A stretch of DNA of 47,296 nucleotides from Chromera velia (taxonomy: Eukaryota): positions 1 to 47,296 of the forward strand of contig JAHBMJ010000459.1 in NCBI GenBank assembly GCA_018398765.1, written 5' to 3'. Made by a program: the position numbers and the translations under genes. Shown here piece by piece: positions 36,601-47,296 of the stretch. The notes below the pieces were generated by a model. It was given only the letters and a program-made list of their open reading frames with translations. It was not told the DNA's origin and did not search any database. How positions within the stretch are numbered: position 1 is the stretch's first letter; every line of letters starts with the position of its first letter.

Positions 36601-38118
36601 AGTCTGCCTACAGGTCAGTGGTCAGGTGTCTTCTTTTCGTGTAAAGCAAATCTGCCTGACAGTTGGAAATCGTTCCGTGTCACATGCATCTTGTCTGTCT
36701 GCCCGAATCTCTTACTTCACGTAAAAGGTCTCTCAAGCCAAGTCACTCTCTTTGTACTTTGCTTTGAACTAAGAAAAAATCCAGCTGCAGAAAACGCATT
36801 CCAACTTTTCCCACGCCGTTCCCTTCGTGATTCTTCTCCTGCAGTTGCGAATTTCCGTCCAGTCGGATACGAGAGTGAGCAGCAGGCCATCGCTCGTGAG
36901 AGGCTTCTTCAAAGGAAGCGCGAGATGGAGCGACAGCTGGACAGTATGGACCCTCAAGATGACAACATAGCAGAGCTGCAGACAGCAGGGGAAGAGTCGG
37001 GGGGGGAGTCGGGGAGAGTGACAGCGACAGGCACGAGGTCCGGAAGCCGTCTGAAGGAGGGGACCTCACTGAAGGAAGGGGGGCTGCAGGAGCCTAAACG
37101 CGTGTACATGCACGGCAGCGAGGGCTTCTCCCTGCCTGCCAACGCCCCGTTTGCCCCTTTCAGACTCGGCACAATGGACGTTCCGGGACTTCCAATGGAC
37201 AAGGTCGGTTGCCTGCCGACTCTTTCTTTGTCTCTTCTTTCTTGCTTTCTTTCCCTTCCCCACTGGCTCTTTACGTCTGTATGCATGCCGATTGTTCCTG
37301 GAAAGGTCCAGCAGAAATGATGAGACTCTCTGTTTGGTTGTCTCAGTCGCGTCTGTTCACAACCAAGCCAGCACAAAAGCTCTTTGGATACCTCCTTTGT
37401 CTTTTTCTTCTTTTCTCTCTGCAGGTGCGTGCGGACCTTCTGAAAAAATTCCCGCCCGAGAACGCACCCCACCCAGCCAAGAAGAGTGCGCACTTTGACG
37501 TCTACGGGCGTCCTAGAGAGGTGGTGAAGAAGATCCCGAACGAGCACGCGCTGATGACCCAGAATAACGATTTCCTCATCGTCGAGGGGCCTGTGGACAG
37601 GAGAGTGCGCATCGCCTCTGTGGCTTCAAAAAAGAACGCCGTCCAGGTGCGTGCGCGGCTGCTCCTGTCCAATCAAGAGAATGAATGTACACAAATTTTG
37701 TCAGGAAAAATAGGGCCAGACACAAAAAAGGCCCCCCCCCGTCCCCCCTTCCCTATGCGCTCCCTCCACCCCACCGTGCACGCTCTATTCTTTCCATCCA
37801 TGCCCTTCCCTGTTTGGTTTTGCTGCCTCCTCATATTCTTTTTGTGTGCGTCTTCTTCGAAGTCTCTCGGACTACGAGGAACTTTCAATTCTCCTCTGGG
37901 ATGTCCCTCCTGTGCTTCTCTCTCCCTTTCTCCCCTCCTCCATGCAGGCCCCTTCGGTGGCGGAGGTGCGCAAGTCAGGGGCCCACGTGACCCTGGCGGC
38001 GGGGCAGGAGAGGGCCACAGAAGGCGGCAGGCTGCCGAGCTGGTCTCATGTCTCGTGGCACAGGCGCAGGGGCGTTGTGCAGGCCTCAGTCGACTTCATG
38101 CAGACCTCCACAATGCAG

Positions 38119-38154
<36 letters not shown>

Positions 38155-39428
38155 CGTTTGGTGACTGTCTGTCGAGTTGGTGCACTCACACACGCGCAGT
38201 CACCCTGTCGACAGGAAGAAGGGACTTTTTTGATTCCCGTGCTGTCCTTTCTTCATACCTTTTGTGTGCATTAGGGGGCACTTATTGCCATTTTTTGGTT
38301 CTCTCTCTCTCTCTCTCTCTTTTCTTCTGCTGCTGCTTGTCCGTTGAATCACTTCCCTTGACCTCTCTTCGTCGATGGACGCTTCGCAAAGGGATTCGCC
38401 CTCTTCCCTTCTCTTCCCCTCTTTCTTTCTTTCTTTTTTTCTTTCTTTCTGAATTTCTTTCTTTCTTTTTTTCTTTGTTTCTTTCTTTCTTTCTCTCTTT
38501 CTTTCTTTCTTTTCTTCCTCGCTCTTCTCCTCTGGTTGAAGACCACGAAAGCAGGTCTGCCTTTTCTTTCTCTGTCTGAATTCTCCCTGCCTGCCTGCCT
38601 GCCTGCCTGCCTGTAGGGACTCGGTGATCCCCTCTGTCTGGTGCGAGTGGAGCCGTCGGCGTTTCGGTTCGGGTACCTTCGACAGGGGGGCCTCTACAGG
38701 ATGTGCCTGAAGCTGCGGAACCTGGACGTGGACGCCTGCAGATTCGCTGTGCATTGTCCTAGGTCCCCTGTCGTCTCTGTGCACAGCCCCTCACATTTGG
38801 TCCGTCTCCTTCCCTTGTCTCAATTTTCTGGACTGTTTCCTTGTTCTGCAGTCGGTCCGTCCTTCACACGACGATGCCCCGCTAATGAGGGGAAGGGACC
38901 CGAAGAGAAGATTGCATTCAAAATGTACAGACACGATGCCTGACGTTGAAGTGCAGAAGCGCGGGCTTACCGCTTTTCTCTTCTCTTTTGCCACACACGC
39001 ACATCCCACCCCGGTTCCAACCTCACGCAGACACACGCACTCTGTGCTCTGATCTACTGTTGCTTCCGTGTCTGCTTCTTTCTGCGCAGGTCCCGCCTGG
39101 TCTCCACCTGACTCTGACTGCCGAAATCAACGCTAAGGAGGTTGAACGCGTCGGTATTCTTGTGGAGGTGGTGCACAAGGCGCACGTGATCAAGATCCCC
39201 GTCACTGCGGACATTCTGGCTCCTGGGCTCTTTGATGCCCTCGACGTCGAGAGCACCAAGAGAAGGGGCAGATGTCTCTTGCGTCGCTGTGTGGAGATGG
39301 TGGCAGACCCCCGGGAGCTGCAACAGAAGAAGGCCCCAACCGAGCTGCCGGAACCCGCTGGGGTGCACGGATTTGAAGATCCCGACGAAACGGAAAGTCG
39401 AAAACTGACAGCAGTGGATTTGATCTAA
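24272..39428 (+). CDS. SPAG17: Large (~25-exon) SPAG17/PF6-like axonemal central-pair (C1a) protein
   Basis: The protein starts MAPKAPPKGG and has K/E/A-rich tracts. Motifs: WQCAPSFPEWL; GVVARQLLSGRREVFYP|DGTTSVR; PRLFVLYGDSGEAEEI; RHLLEYQSLDETQLQKF; FHYFQSEQG; NNDFLIVEGPVDRRVR. The C-terminal ASH/Ig-like region reads VEPSAFRFGYLRQGGLYRMCLKLRNLDVDACRFAV...VPPGLHLTLTAEI...KIPVTADI. The stop is at 39428. Confidence 0.75.
27534..27565. other. Assembly gap (N run) within an intronic (CT)n tract
   Basis: Run of n characters. Confidence 0.97.
30550..30643. repeat. Intronic (CT)n(GT)n microsatellite
   Basis: Directly visible. Confidence 0.97.
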
Positions 39429-40310
39429 GTGCCTGCCTGTTTTGTCAAGGAGCGTTTTTCTTCAAAAAAATGTTGATGCTTGCTTTATTAGGCCATGCAG
39501 CGACTCAAGCTAGAAAATGACTTTGATGGCTCTGAATATTGAATAAACAGACTGAGAGCTTCAGTCATATTCAGGCTATTCAAAATATGTGCATGGGGGG
39601 AAGAATAGGAAAAGATATTATTTCAGATGAATGTATTGAATATACGCAATAAATAAACAACACTTGTGTGACACTCAACCACATACTGGCATGTTAATTT
39701 CAAAAATAAAAAGTAAAAGTTTTTGTGTAGATAATAAATTTTTTTTTTCTTTAGCCAGCATGCAGTAAGTATAATCACATGTAGAATCATATAAATTTCA
39801 TTATTTTAAAGCCTGTACTGACTTAACATCATTGTAATCTATTACTATATAGCTGCTATATTATTTGAAATTCAGTATTATCATTGGCCAATTGAGACTC
39901 GGAAGTAAATGTCGAGGGTCAGCAAGTTAATAACAACTTGACACTACTTGACACACTAATTATTATTACTATTCAAGCTGTACAGTTATAGCAAATATTG
40001 GTTATATAACTTAAAATTACTAGATCTAGTACTAGATCGACCACTCTAACATTAGTAGTCACATAGTAGTAGCTAATTAAACTTTAGGCTGGACTATTAG
40101 TTGAGAACCAAATTTGATATTAAATGCAACATACGCACGATACTTAGTGTTGATCTTAATAAAAAAATCTCTGCTTTCCACAGAGGTTGGGTTACGCAGT
40201 AAATTATTGGTCTCAGGTTTATGTAGTCTTAAAAGTCATCACTCCGAGTCTCCGACTCATCAGAATGAATCAATACATAAAATTTTGGCTCATGCAGTTC
40301 AGAAAATGGA

Positions 40311-43022
40311 TCAGCCACCGTTTAAAGCCGTTCGGCGGCCCTCTTCCTCTTCTTCTTCATCCAGGGCCATGACGAGGGAGGCTGGGAAGGACGTTATGCT
40401 AGAATATTCCGTCGGGGGCCCTCTCAATGCCGTCCGTTGTCTCAATGGGAGGGGAGCCCGGGGCCTGTCAAACTGGGGATTGGCATGCAGAAAGGGCTCA
40501 TCTGAGACAGAGTCGGAGGGACTCGCTTCACCCTGAGAATGGGTTCTGTACTCATCAACTGGTCGTGCAAAGGAGCCACTGTCCCTGGGAAAGTGGGCCT
40601 CCCCGCCATTCTCAATAACAGTCGGAGAGCCCCCTCCTCTCTCACACCTCACATCCCTGAGAGAAGACCCACTGGCAGACGCGGAGGACAAGGAGGATTT
40701 GGCCTGATGCAGCCTGTGAGGGGAAATTCGATCAAGCAACCTTTCACCCTCTCCGTGTGCCTGTCCCACAAGCGCTTGCACAGACTCCCTCTCCCCCCCC
40801 TCCATCAGAGCCCCAAATGGGCACTTGAATGGAATCTTGGGAAGGCAGTCGATGTCTCGAGTTCGTCTTGTCGACGCCTCGACTGTGTGACGCTCCTGAG
40901 GGAAGGACACGTCCAGTCCCAGTCCCCTCGCCTGACTTGATACCGTCAGACGATCTAGAGCCTCCAGGGCGGCCCCAAAGAACGGAAAGCGAAGGACGAA
41001 AACTCCAGAGTGAGACTGGACAGGGAGGGACGAGACATCCCTCACACTCACACCGGAAAGCTGAGAATGACAGGCAGACAGGGAAGGAGACGAAGCCGAG
41101 TGACCTCCTCCCGCTTGCTCTCTTGCTGCCTGCCATCGCCTCTCCATCCAGTCATCAAAGTTGTTTCGCCTCTCCCGGGGGATGCACAGAACATCGACTT
41201 CTTCTTTTGACTCTCCCTCGTCTCCTTCTTTTTTTTGAAACCTCCACTCTTTCATCTCAACAAAACACGACGGCGGCGATAGCAAAGATTCCTTTTCCCC
41301 TCCCTCTGCACTTGCAGAGAGCCCTGTCAAATCTTCAGCCGGCTCGACCCCCCAACTTTCAAGTCTTTCAAGTATCAACCTCTCATCCATCTCCAAAACA
41401 CCCGATACCGGCGTTTTGCCGGACCTCTCTCCTTCGTCTTGTTCATCTTGTGCTGTCTGACTTTGATGGGAGCACGAGAGACTATGCACACAGGGTCTCG
41501 ACAAAGCCCCACTCTGAGGACTGAGGAAAGACATGGCGACCTTTCCGGGACCACTTAAAGAAAACATCCAGCTCAAAAACACAACAACAGTCTCGACAGA
41601 CAAACTCAACGGCACATTTCTGACAACAACAGACACTGCATTGTTTGCGTCCTGTGGATACAAGACGAGGCCCTTTCTATCGAGTGGGTCTCTTTCTTCA
41701 CTTTCCCTTTTCTTTCTTTTCGTTCCCTTTGCCTTCCCTTCCCCCTTTGCTGCCCTTTTATCTACACCGCTCCCCTTTTTCTCCTCAGTGTCCGAAGACA
41801 AAGGTCCCTTCGCAGAGGGACACAAAATTCCAAACGCACGACATGCAGGCAACAAAGCTTTCCTCTTCGCCTCAGCAGTCTTGAAAGTGACAAGCGCGCT
41901 GACACCTGAAAGGTCAGATGAGGCTTCAGACTTCAACAAGAGCCTCGGAACAGAGGCACAAGAAGAGGAAGGAGAAGGGGAGGAGAAGGAAGAAGAAGAA
42001 GAAGAGGAAGAGGGGCAGGAAGCGGAAGAAGACAATGAAGAAACATACTCGGGAGGAGGTCTGAACATTCTGACTTTCTCCACCTTGCCACATCCCCCCT
42101 CCATTCCCTCTTTGATTTCCTCCTCTTCGGCATCGGGCGGAAGGTTTAAGAGAAGGATGCTCAAGTCACCCACCGCCCCCGGGGAACGCAACGACGAGAA
42201 ACCCGACAGGGACACCCCCACTTGAGGGGGACTCTCGAGAACGTCCTCCCACCACCTGTCTTGCGTGCTGGCACCAAATCTCCTCACTGCAGATCCACAC
42301 CACCTATTGCGAGTTTTGAGTTGGATCGGAAGAACGGATCTCATTTCCAGATCCTTCTGGGGGCCCAATACTGGGGCCATGAAGAGTAACCCCCCCCCGT
42401 TCCCTCCATCCCTCAGTGAGGAGGCGGGGGGGGCGGGGAGAGGGGAATGGTGAGGTCTCCCCAGCCGATCTACTTCGATGCCCTGCGCTTCCACCCCGTC
42501 GTTGCTGATGTGTCTGAGGCTCTTTCTAAGCCGTGGAGTGTCTGGAACTCTCCAGGGCCTCTCTGGGTTCTGAGACCATGGCCTCACCAGGGAGACAGCT
42601 GGAGACGGAGAGGATGCACCCGCCCCCCCCCGCACTTTTTGACTAGACAGGCACCAGAACTCAGCTTTGTGCCGCGATTTTTGGTTGCTGAGCGGCTTCG
42701 AAAACAAATCCTGCCCCGCCTGCCTGCTCTGCTTCAGGACTGCAAAGGAGACGCCAACATTTAAAGACGGGAGCGGAGCGCTGAGTGAGAAGACGCCTGG
42801 GGGATCTCTCAGACCCACCGGCACGGTCGAAGCTCTCTCAAATGGGTGGACGTGATTTCTCGGAGGGGGTGCCCGTCTCTGTGCCCGCTCAGACCAGCAG
42901 TCTGATGAGGAGACGCTCAAGGTGGCGCAGAGACGGGAAGAGCAAAGGCGACTGAATGAGTGCCGAAGCGGCCGTTTGATTTTTTGGTGCTCCCTACACC
43001 AACGCGGAGAGGGAGAGAGCAT
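40311..43022 (-). CDS. Intronless ~900-aa protein with divergent RRM-like folds and low-complexity inserts; possible organellar targeting peptide
   Basis: The ORF is open for 2.7 kb with the first ATG at 43022. RNP-like segments: ILLLNLPPDAEEEEIKEGMEGGCGKVEKVRMF...ALVTFKTAEAKRKAL; VVVRNVPLSLSVETV...FVLRFPFFGAALEALDRL. The N-terminus is Arg/Ser-rich and poor in acidic residues. Confidence 0.65.
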   Translation of the reverse strand: MLSPSPRWCREHQKIKRPLRHSFSRLCSSRLCATLSVSSSDCWSERAQRRAPPPRNHVHPFERASTVPVGLRDPPGVFSLSAPLPSLNVGVSFAVLKQSRQAGQDLFSKPLSNQKSRHKAEFWCLSSQKVRGGAGASSPSPAVSLVRPWSQNPERPWRVPDTPRLRKSLRHISNDGVEAQGIEVDRLGRPHHSPLPAPPASSLRDGGNGGGLLFMAPVLGPQKDLEMRSVLPIQLKTRNRWCGSAVRRFGASTQDRWWEDVLESPPQVGVSLSGFSSLRSPGAVGDLSILLLNLPPDAEEEEIKEGMEGGCGKVEKVRMFRPPPEYVSSLSSSASCPSSSSSSSSFSSPSPSSSCASVPRLLLKSEASSDLSGVSALVTFKTAEAKRKALLPACRAFGILCPSAKGPLSSDTEEKKGSGVDKRAAKGEGKAKGTKRKKRESEERDPLDRKGLVLYPQDANNAVSVVVRNVPLSLSVETVVVFLSWMFSLSGPGKVAMSFLSPQSGALSRPCVHSLSCSHQSQTAQDEQDEGERSGKTPVSGVLEMDERLILERLESWGVEPAEDLTGLSASAEGGEKESLLSPPSCFVEMKEWRFQKKEGDEGESKEEVDVLCIPRERRNNFDDWMERRWQAAREQAGGGHSASSPSLSACHSQLSGVSVRDVSSLPVQSHSGVFVLRFPFFGAALEALDRLTVSSQARGLGLDVSFPQERHTVEASTRRTRDIDCLPKIPFKCPFGALMEGGERESVQALVGQAHGEGERLLDRISPHRLHQAKSSLSSASASGSSLRDVRCERGGGSPTVIENGGEAHFPRDSGSFARPVDEYRTHSQGEASPSDSVSDEPFLHANPQFDRPRAPLPLRQRTALRGPPTEYSSITSFPASLVMALDEEEEEEGRRTALNGG

Positions 43023-43789
<767 letters not shown>

Positions 43790-45220
43790 GACTCCCCTTC
43801 CTCCTTCAAGGTAATTTTTGCTCAGTACCTCTCCCACTGCTTATCCTCCCTCTTCTGTAAATTGATTTCGCGTGTTCCCTTGCCGTGCAGGTTCATCTCG
43901 AGCCTCTGAAGGGAAGGGAGGGATTTGTTTCTTCTACTGCTTGCAAAGTCTCTATGGAGTGGTGTAAAAAGGAACGAACCGTTCTCTGTGCGTGAAGGTG
44001 CTTGTGTGATGGTCCTGATCTAAGACAGCCTCTTCCATTAAATCCAGCCGCTTCTTCCTTCACCCCCAGGATGTAAGTAGTTGAAGAAGAGGCGCTAGAG
44101 GGAGGGGCGGCCTCCTGCCTGGAGAGGGAGTTGGAAGCCTCTGGAAGGTCCGGCCGCTGTCGCTCCGTTCGGTCTTCCTGAGAATCCTTCCGCTCTCTCT
44201 CTCTCTATCTCTGTAGCTCTGTCTTTGCTTACCTGGGCGGTGAATGGATGAAGGAAGCTTCGGTCGTGGGCGGCTTCCAAGGGTTGCCTTGCGGCGATGG
44301 TGAGCGTAGTGATGCCAACCGAAAACGGCAAAACTGCCTAATTGAAGTACAGCAACACCTCCGTACAGCAACACCTCCTGACCACACAACAAGCGCTGTA
44401 AGCCCAACAGAATTAGCCACAATTGATTGCGCTGATCCGTCAGAAGAGGTGTCAAGGGTTCATGTGTGTTCGTGCTTGCGCCAAAGGTAAACAAGTTTGA
44501 GCCCAGATCGACAATTGATGCTTAATTCATGTCTAAAGACGTTTACGCCATTGAACCTGTTCCTGCTTTCTCCTCCACTTCAGACATCATCCCCCAGCCC
44601 TTCATTTTCTTTTCCCGGTTCCTCTTTTCTTCCGTCCTCCACCCCCACTCCCTCTGCCTGTTTCTCGCCCCCTCCTTTCCCATTACCCTTCCCCCTCCCC
44701 TCTCCTTTGTCCCCTCCCTTCCACTGGCCCTTCCTCTTTCCGGGCGTGACACCGGACCCCATCCTCCCGCCCTGCTTTTCCTTCGAGGGCCGAGGCACTC
44801 GATCGCCCTTCCGGCTCCCCCCCTCACTTTCCGGCTAGCCTCTCAGCCCTTTGAATTGCACGTTTCTACTTCTTAAAATCTGCGCTCCTCCCCGGGCTTC
44901 CTGACCCTCTTCGGAGGCTCTTCCTTTCGTTCTCCGCCCCCTTGTCTCTTCTACTATTTCAATTCAATTGATTTTGATTGATTGATTGATATGTTCCGCC
45001 CTAGGGCCTCAATTCAAAACTAGATTCAAAATTGAATTCAATTATGCAGTCCTATTATTACTACAAGTCCTATATGCACTAAGCTATATATACTTAGCTA
45101 TATATTTTTTCTTTTCTCACAAGAAGGCTTCTATAACCTTTGTTTTCCTTTTATAGCTAGTCTCTTTTAGGCGTCGGCTAAAGAAAAAAAATAAGCGATT
45201 GGAAGAGATTTTTTTTTTTC

Positions 45221-45797
45221 CTAGACGTGGCCTTTAGTTAGTTTGGACCACTATTTCGTTCATGATGGTGACATGACCCCATGGAGAACTAACTAACTAA
45301 ACTAACTAAACAGATTAAACCTTACGATTTGACTAACATTTGCACATCTATGGGTCGGTGACTATTACAATAGTTAGAATAGTGAACTATTTCAACTATT
45401 TTCCGATAGTCGCTTCATTTTTAACTATAAAATAGTAAGAATAGTTAACTATTTCAACTATTTTTTCTAGTTATAGTTTACTATTTTGACTATAAAATAT
45501 AGAGGTATAGCTATAGTTGCTATAGTCAACTATTTGTTGACGAACCGACTCATAGATGCACCCTTTATGCACCTTTATGGAGGAGCAGTAAATTGCTCCT
45601 TGAGCTAGTCTTTCAGTTGGACTCAGAATAACTTGGACAATCATCAAGCTATAGACACTAAGTGCATGATCAAACCTTTTACAGTTTAACACATATTGCA
45701 GTTTATAACTAGTTTAGTTCAGAATTTAGTTAGTTAGTTTAGTTTTGCGGTGAAATATGAACTAACTAAAGAAAAACTAACTAAAGACCACGCCTAG
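45221..45797. mobile_element. MITE nested in the outer element
   Basis: The TIRs are CTAGACGTGGCCTTTAGTTAGTTT and (reverse complement) CTAGGCGTGGTCTTTAGTTAGTTT. Both sides are flanked by T(10-11)C. Subterminal AACTAACTAA/TTAGTTAGTT repeats are present. Confidence 0.85.
45346..45557. mobile_element. Small MITE nested in the second element
   Basis: The TIRs are ATCTATGGGTCGGT and (reverse complement) ATCTATGAGTCGGT. GCAC flanks both ends (possible 4-bp TSD). Internal AACTATT/AATAGTT repeats are present. Confidence 0.7.
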
Positions 45798-47296
45798 TTT
45801 TTTTTTTCTTTTTTTCCTTTTAACCCCAAACAACACTTAACAACACTTGTGCAACACCTGAACAACACTTATGCAACACTTGAACAACAGTTGTTTGACT
45901 GAAAAAGGAAAAAAAAAAGAAAAAAAATAAAGGGTTTGGGGCGATTTTTTTTTTTTTTACATAGTGGCGTTAGCCGTAAGTAATATAGCTTTATTACATA
46001 TACATGGCCCGAAGGACTATGTTATATTTTATAATGGAGATTTTATGTAGTGCATAATATAAGCTGAAATATAAATGTTACGGTTAAGGGCGTAATTTAT
46101 GCAAAGTTATCCTTAGATAGGTAGGAAAGCACCTGAACAACAAGCGTTAACTACGAAGTTGCATCAACTGATTGTAAACTGCTTCATAACTTATTTAGAA
46201 ACACGGATTTGATGCAGCAATCGTTGTTTATATAATGTTTAAGTTTAATACAGCCTAATCAATTGTTCTTAGTTACGCTTCGACTTCAGTTTTCTATGTT
46301 TTGCCAAGTACTCTGTTTTTTTAATGATCAGAAAGTCATCAAGTTGCAGCAGACAGTTTCCGTCTTTGTCTTTAGCGTCCGAATGGGCTACGAGACTCTG
46401 CTGCTTTATCAAAATATCAAATAGTTTCTTTCCTTTGAGCGCCATACATTGTGCCCAAGGACTTGAGTGTGGGATGAGTGTGGACTAAACTTTCTCTTTT
46501 ACCTCGTTGTCTCCGGTGGTGAAGTTACGTGTTATGTATACTGAAGTGAAGTTAAGTTAAATTAAGGTTGTGAAATCATTGAAGTGAAGTCTCTTACAAT
46601 CAAAAAGCCGGTGTATATATATGTAACTTCACTTCATGCATTGTATGGATATATGCTCAATTATAAGTACGTTTGTCGCCTTTTCATGCATGTATGCATG
46701 CATGCATGCAATCAATTATATCAATAATTAATTCAACAATGCATGCACTGCAGCATGCATGTGCATGCATGAATTGCGGCTGCGTACATCCATGCACGTA
46801 CGTGCTGCGATCAACACACATGTAATGAAGGCCGCGCGCGGGGGACTATAGGCCTTAAAATCTTAAAGTTACGTTTTTAACGTAAGATATAGACCAATTT
46901 CAAGAAAACGTGAAGTTGCATTTTTTTTGTAACTAATTTTACCGTAACTATTCAGATCGTTCCTCCATTCCTACATTACAGCTAACGCTACTATGTATTT
47001 TTTTTTCTTTAGCCGATGCCTAGAGTCTCTTAAATAGTAAAATTGAGTTGCTCTTAATTTTATTTATAATTTATATACTAGTAGGTACACTAAAACTATA
47101 GTGTGACATAATTAAAATTGTAATACAATTAGTGACCATGTTTGATTTGATTTGATTTGAGGTAGGGCTTAAGCTCAAATCAAATATCCAGTCAGGGAGG
47201 ACCTAGTGTTTAAAGACCTATCAAATATGATTAAATATTTGATCAATATGACTTTCAACCTCAAATATGAAGGTCCCGAAAAAACTTTTGCAAGTA

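Larger units (their letters stand above)
45167..47023. mobile_element. Non-autonomous TIR DNA transposon (outer element, ~1.86 kb), 8-bp TSD
   Basis: The TIRs are TTAGGCGTCGGCTAAAGAAAAAAAATA and (reverse complement) CTAGGCATCGGCTAAAGAAAAAAAAATA. The TSD AGTCTCTT lies at 45159-45166 and 47024-47031. Internal CAACACTT repeats occur at 45830-45895. Confidence 0.85.

Noticed and set aside
39430..40310. AT-rich interval between convergent genes, searched for TEs and ncRNA
   Set aside because: Only short palindromes and a small duplication (cttgacacta x2); no supportable element.

Overview
Eukaryotic, intron-rich nuclear DNA with GT-AG introns, many microsatellites and two assembly gaps. Gene content and style suggest a chromerid alveolate such as Chromera velia (inference). 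The ORF track mostly shows exon fragments and microsatellite noise. I reconstructed seven genes by eye: a multi-exon UCS/UNC-45-like myosin chaperone (-), an intronless secreted DOMON protein (+), an intronless ~990-aa protein with four apparently intact PD-(D/E)xK-type (E..D..QxK) nuclease folds behind a possible mitochondrial presequence (-), a multi-exon TMEM69/DUF3429-like membrane protein (-), a ~25-exon SPAG17/PF6-like central-pair protein (+), an intronless RRM-like protein (-) and dynein light chain LC8 (+). Six of these form three head-to-head pairs. The AT-rich intergenic zones contain a hAT MITE with a perfect 8-bp TSD, a three-level nest of TIR elements, and a solo-LTR-like insertion whose empty site survives in an adjacent tandem duplicate. 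They also hold orphan or pseudogene fragments. The most interesting candidate is the four-domain nuclease-like gene at 12287-15259. Exon boundaries are manual and approximate.
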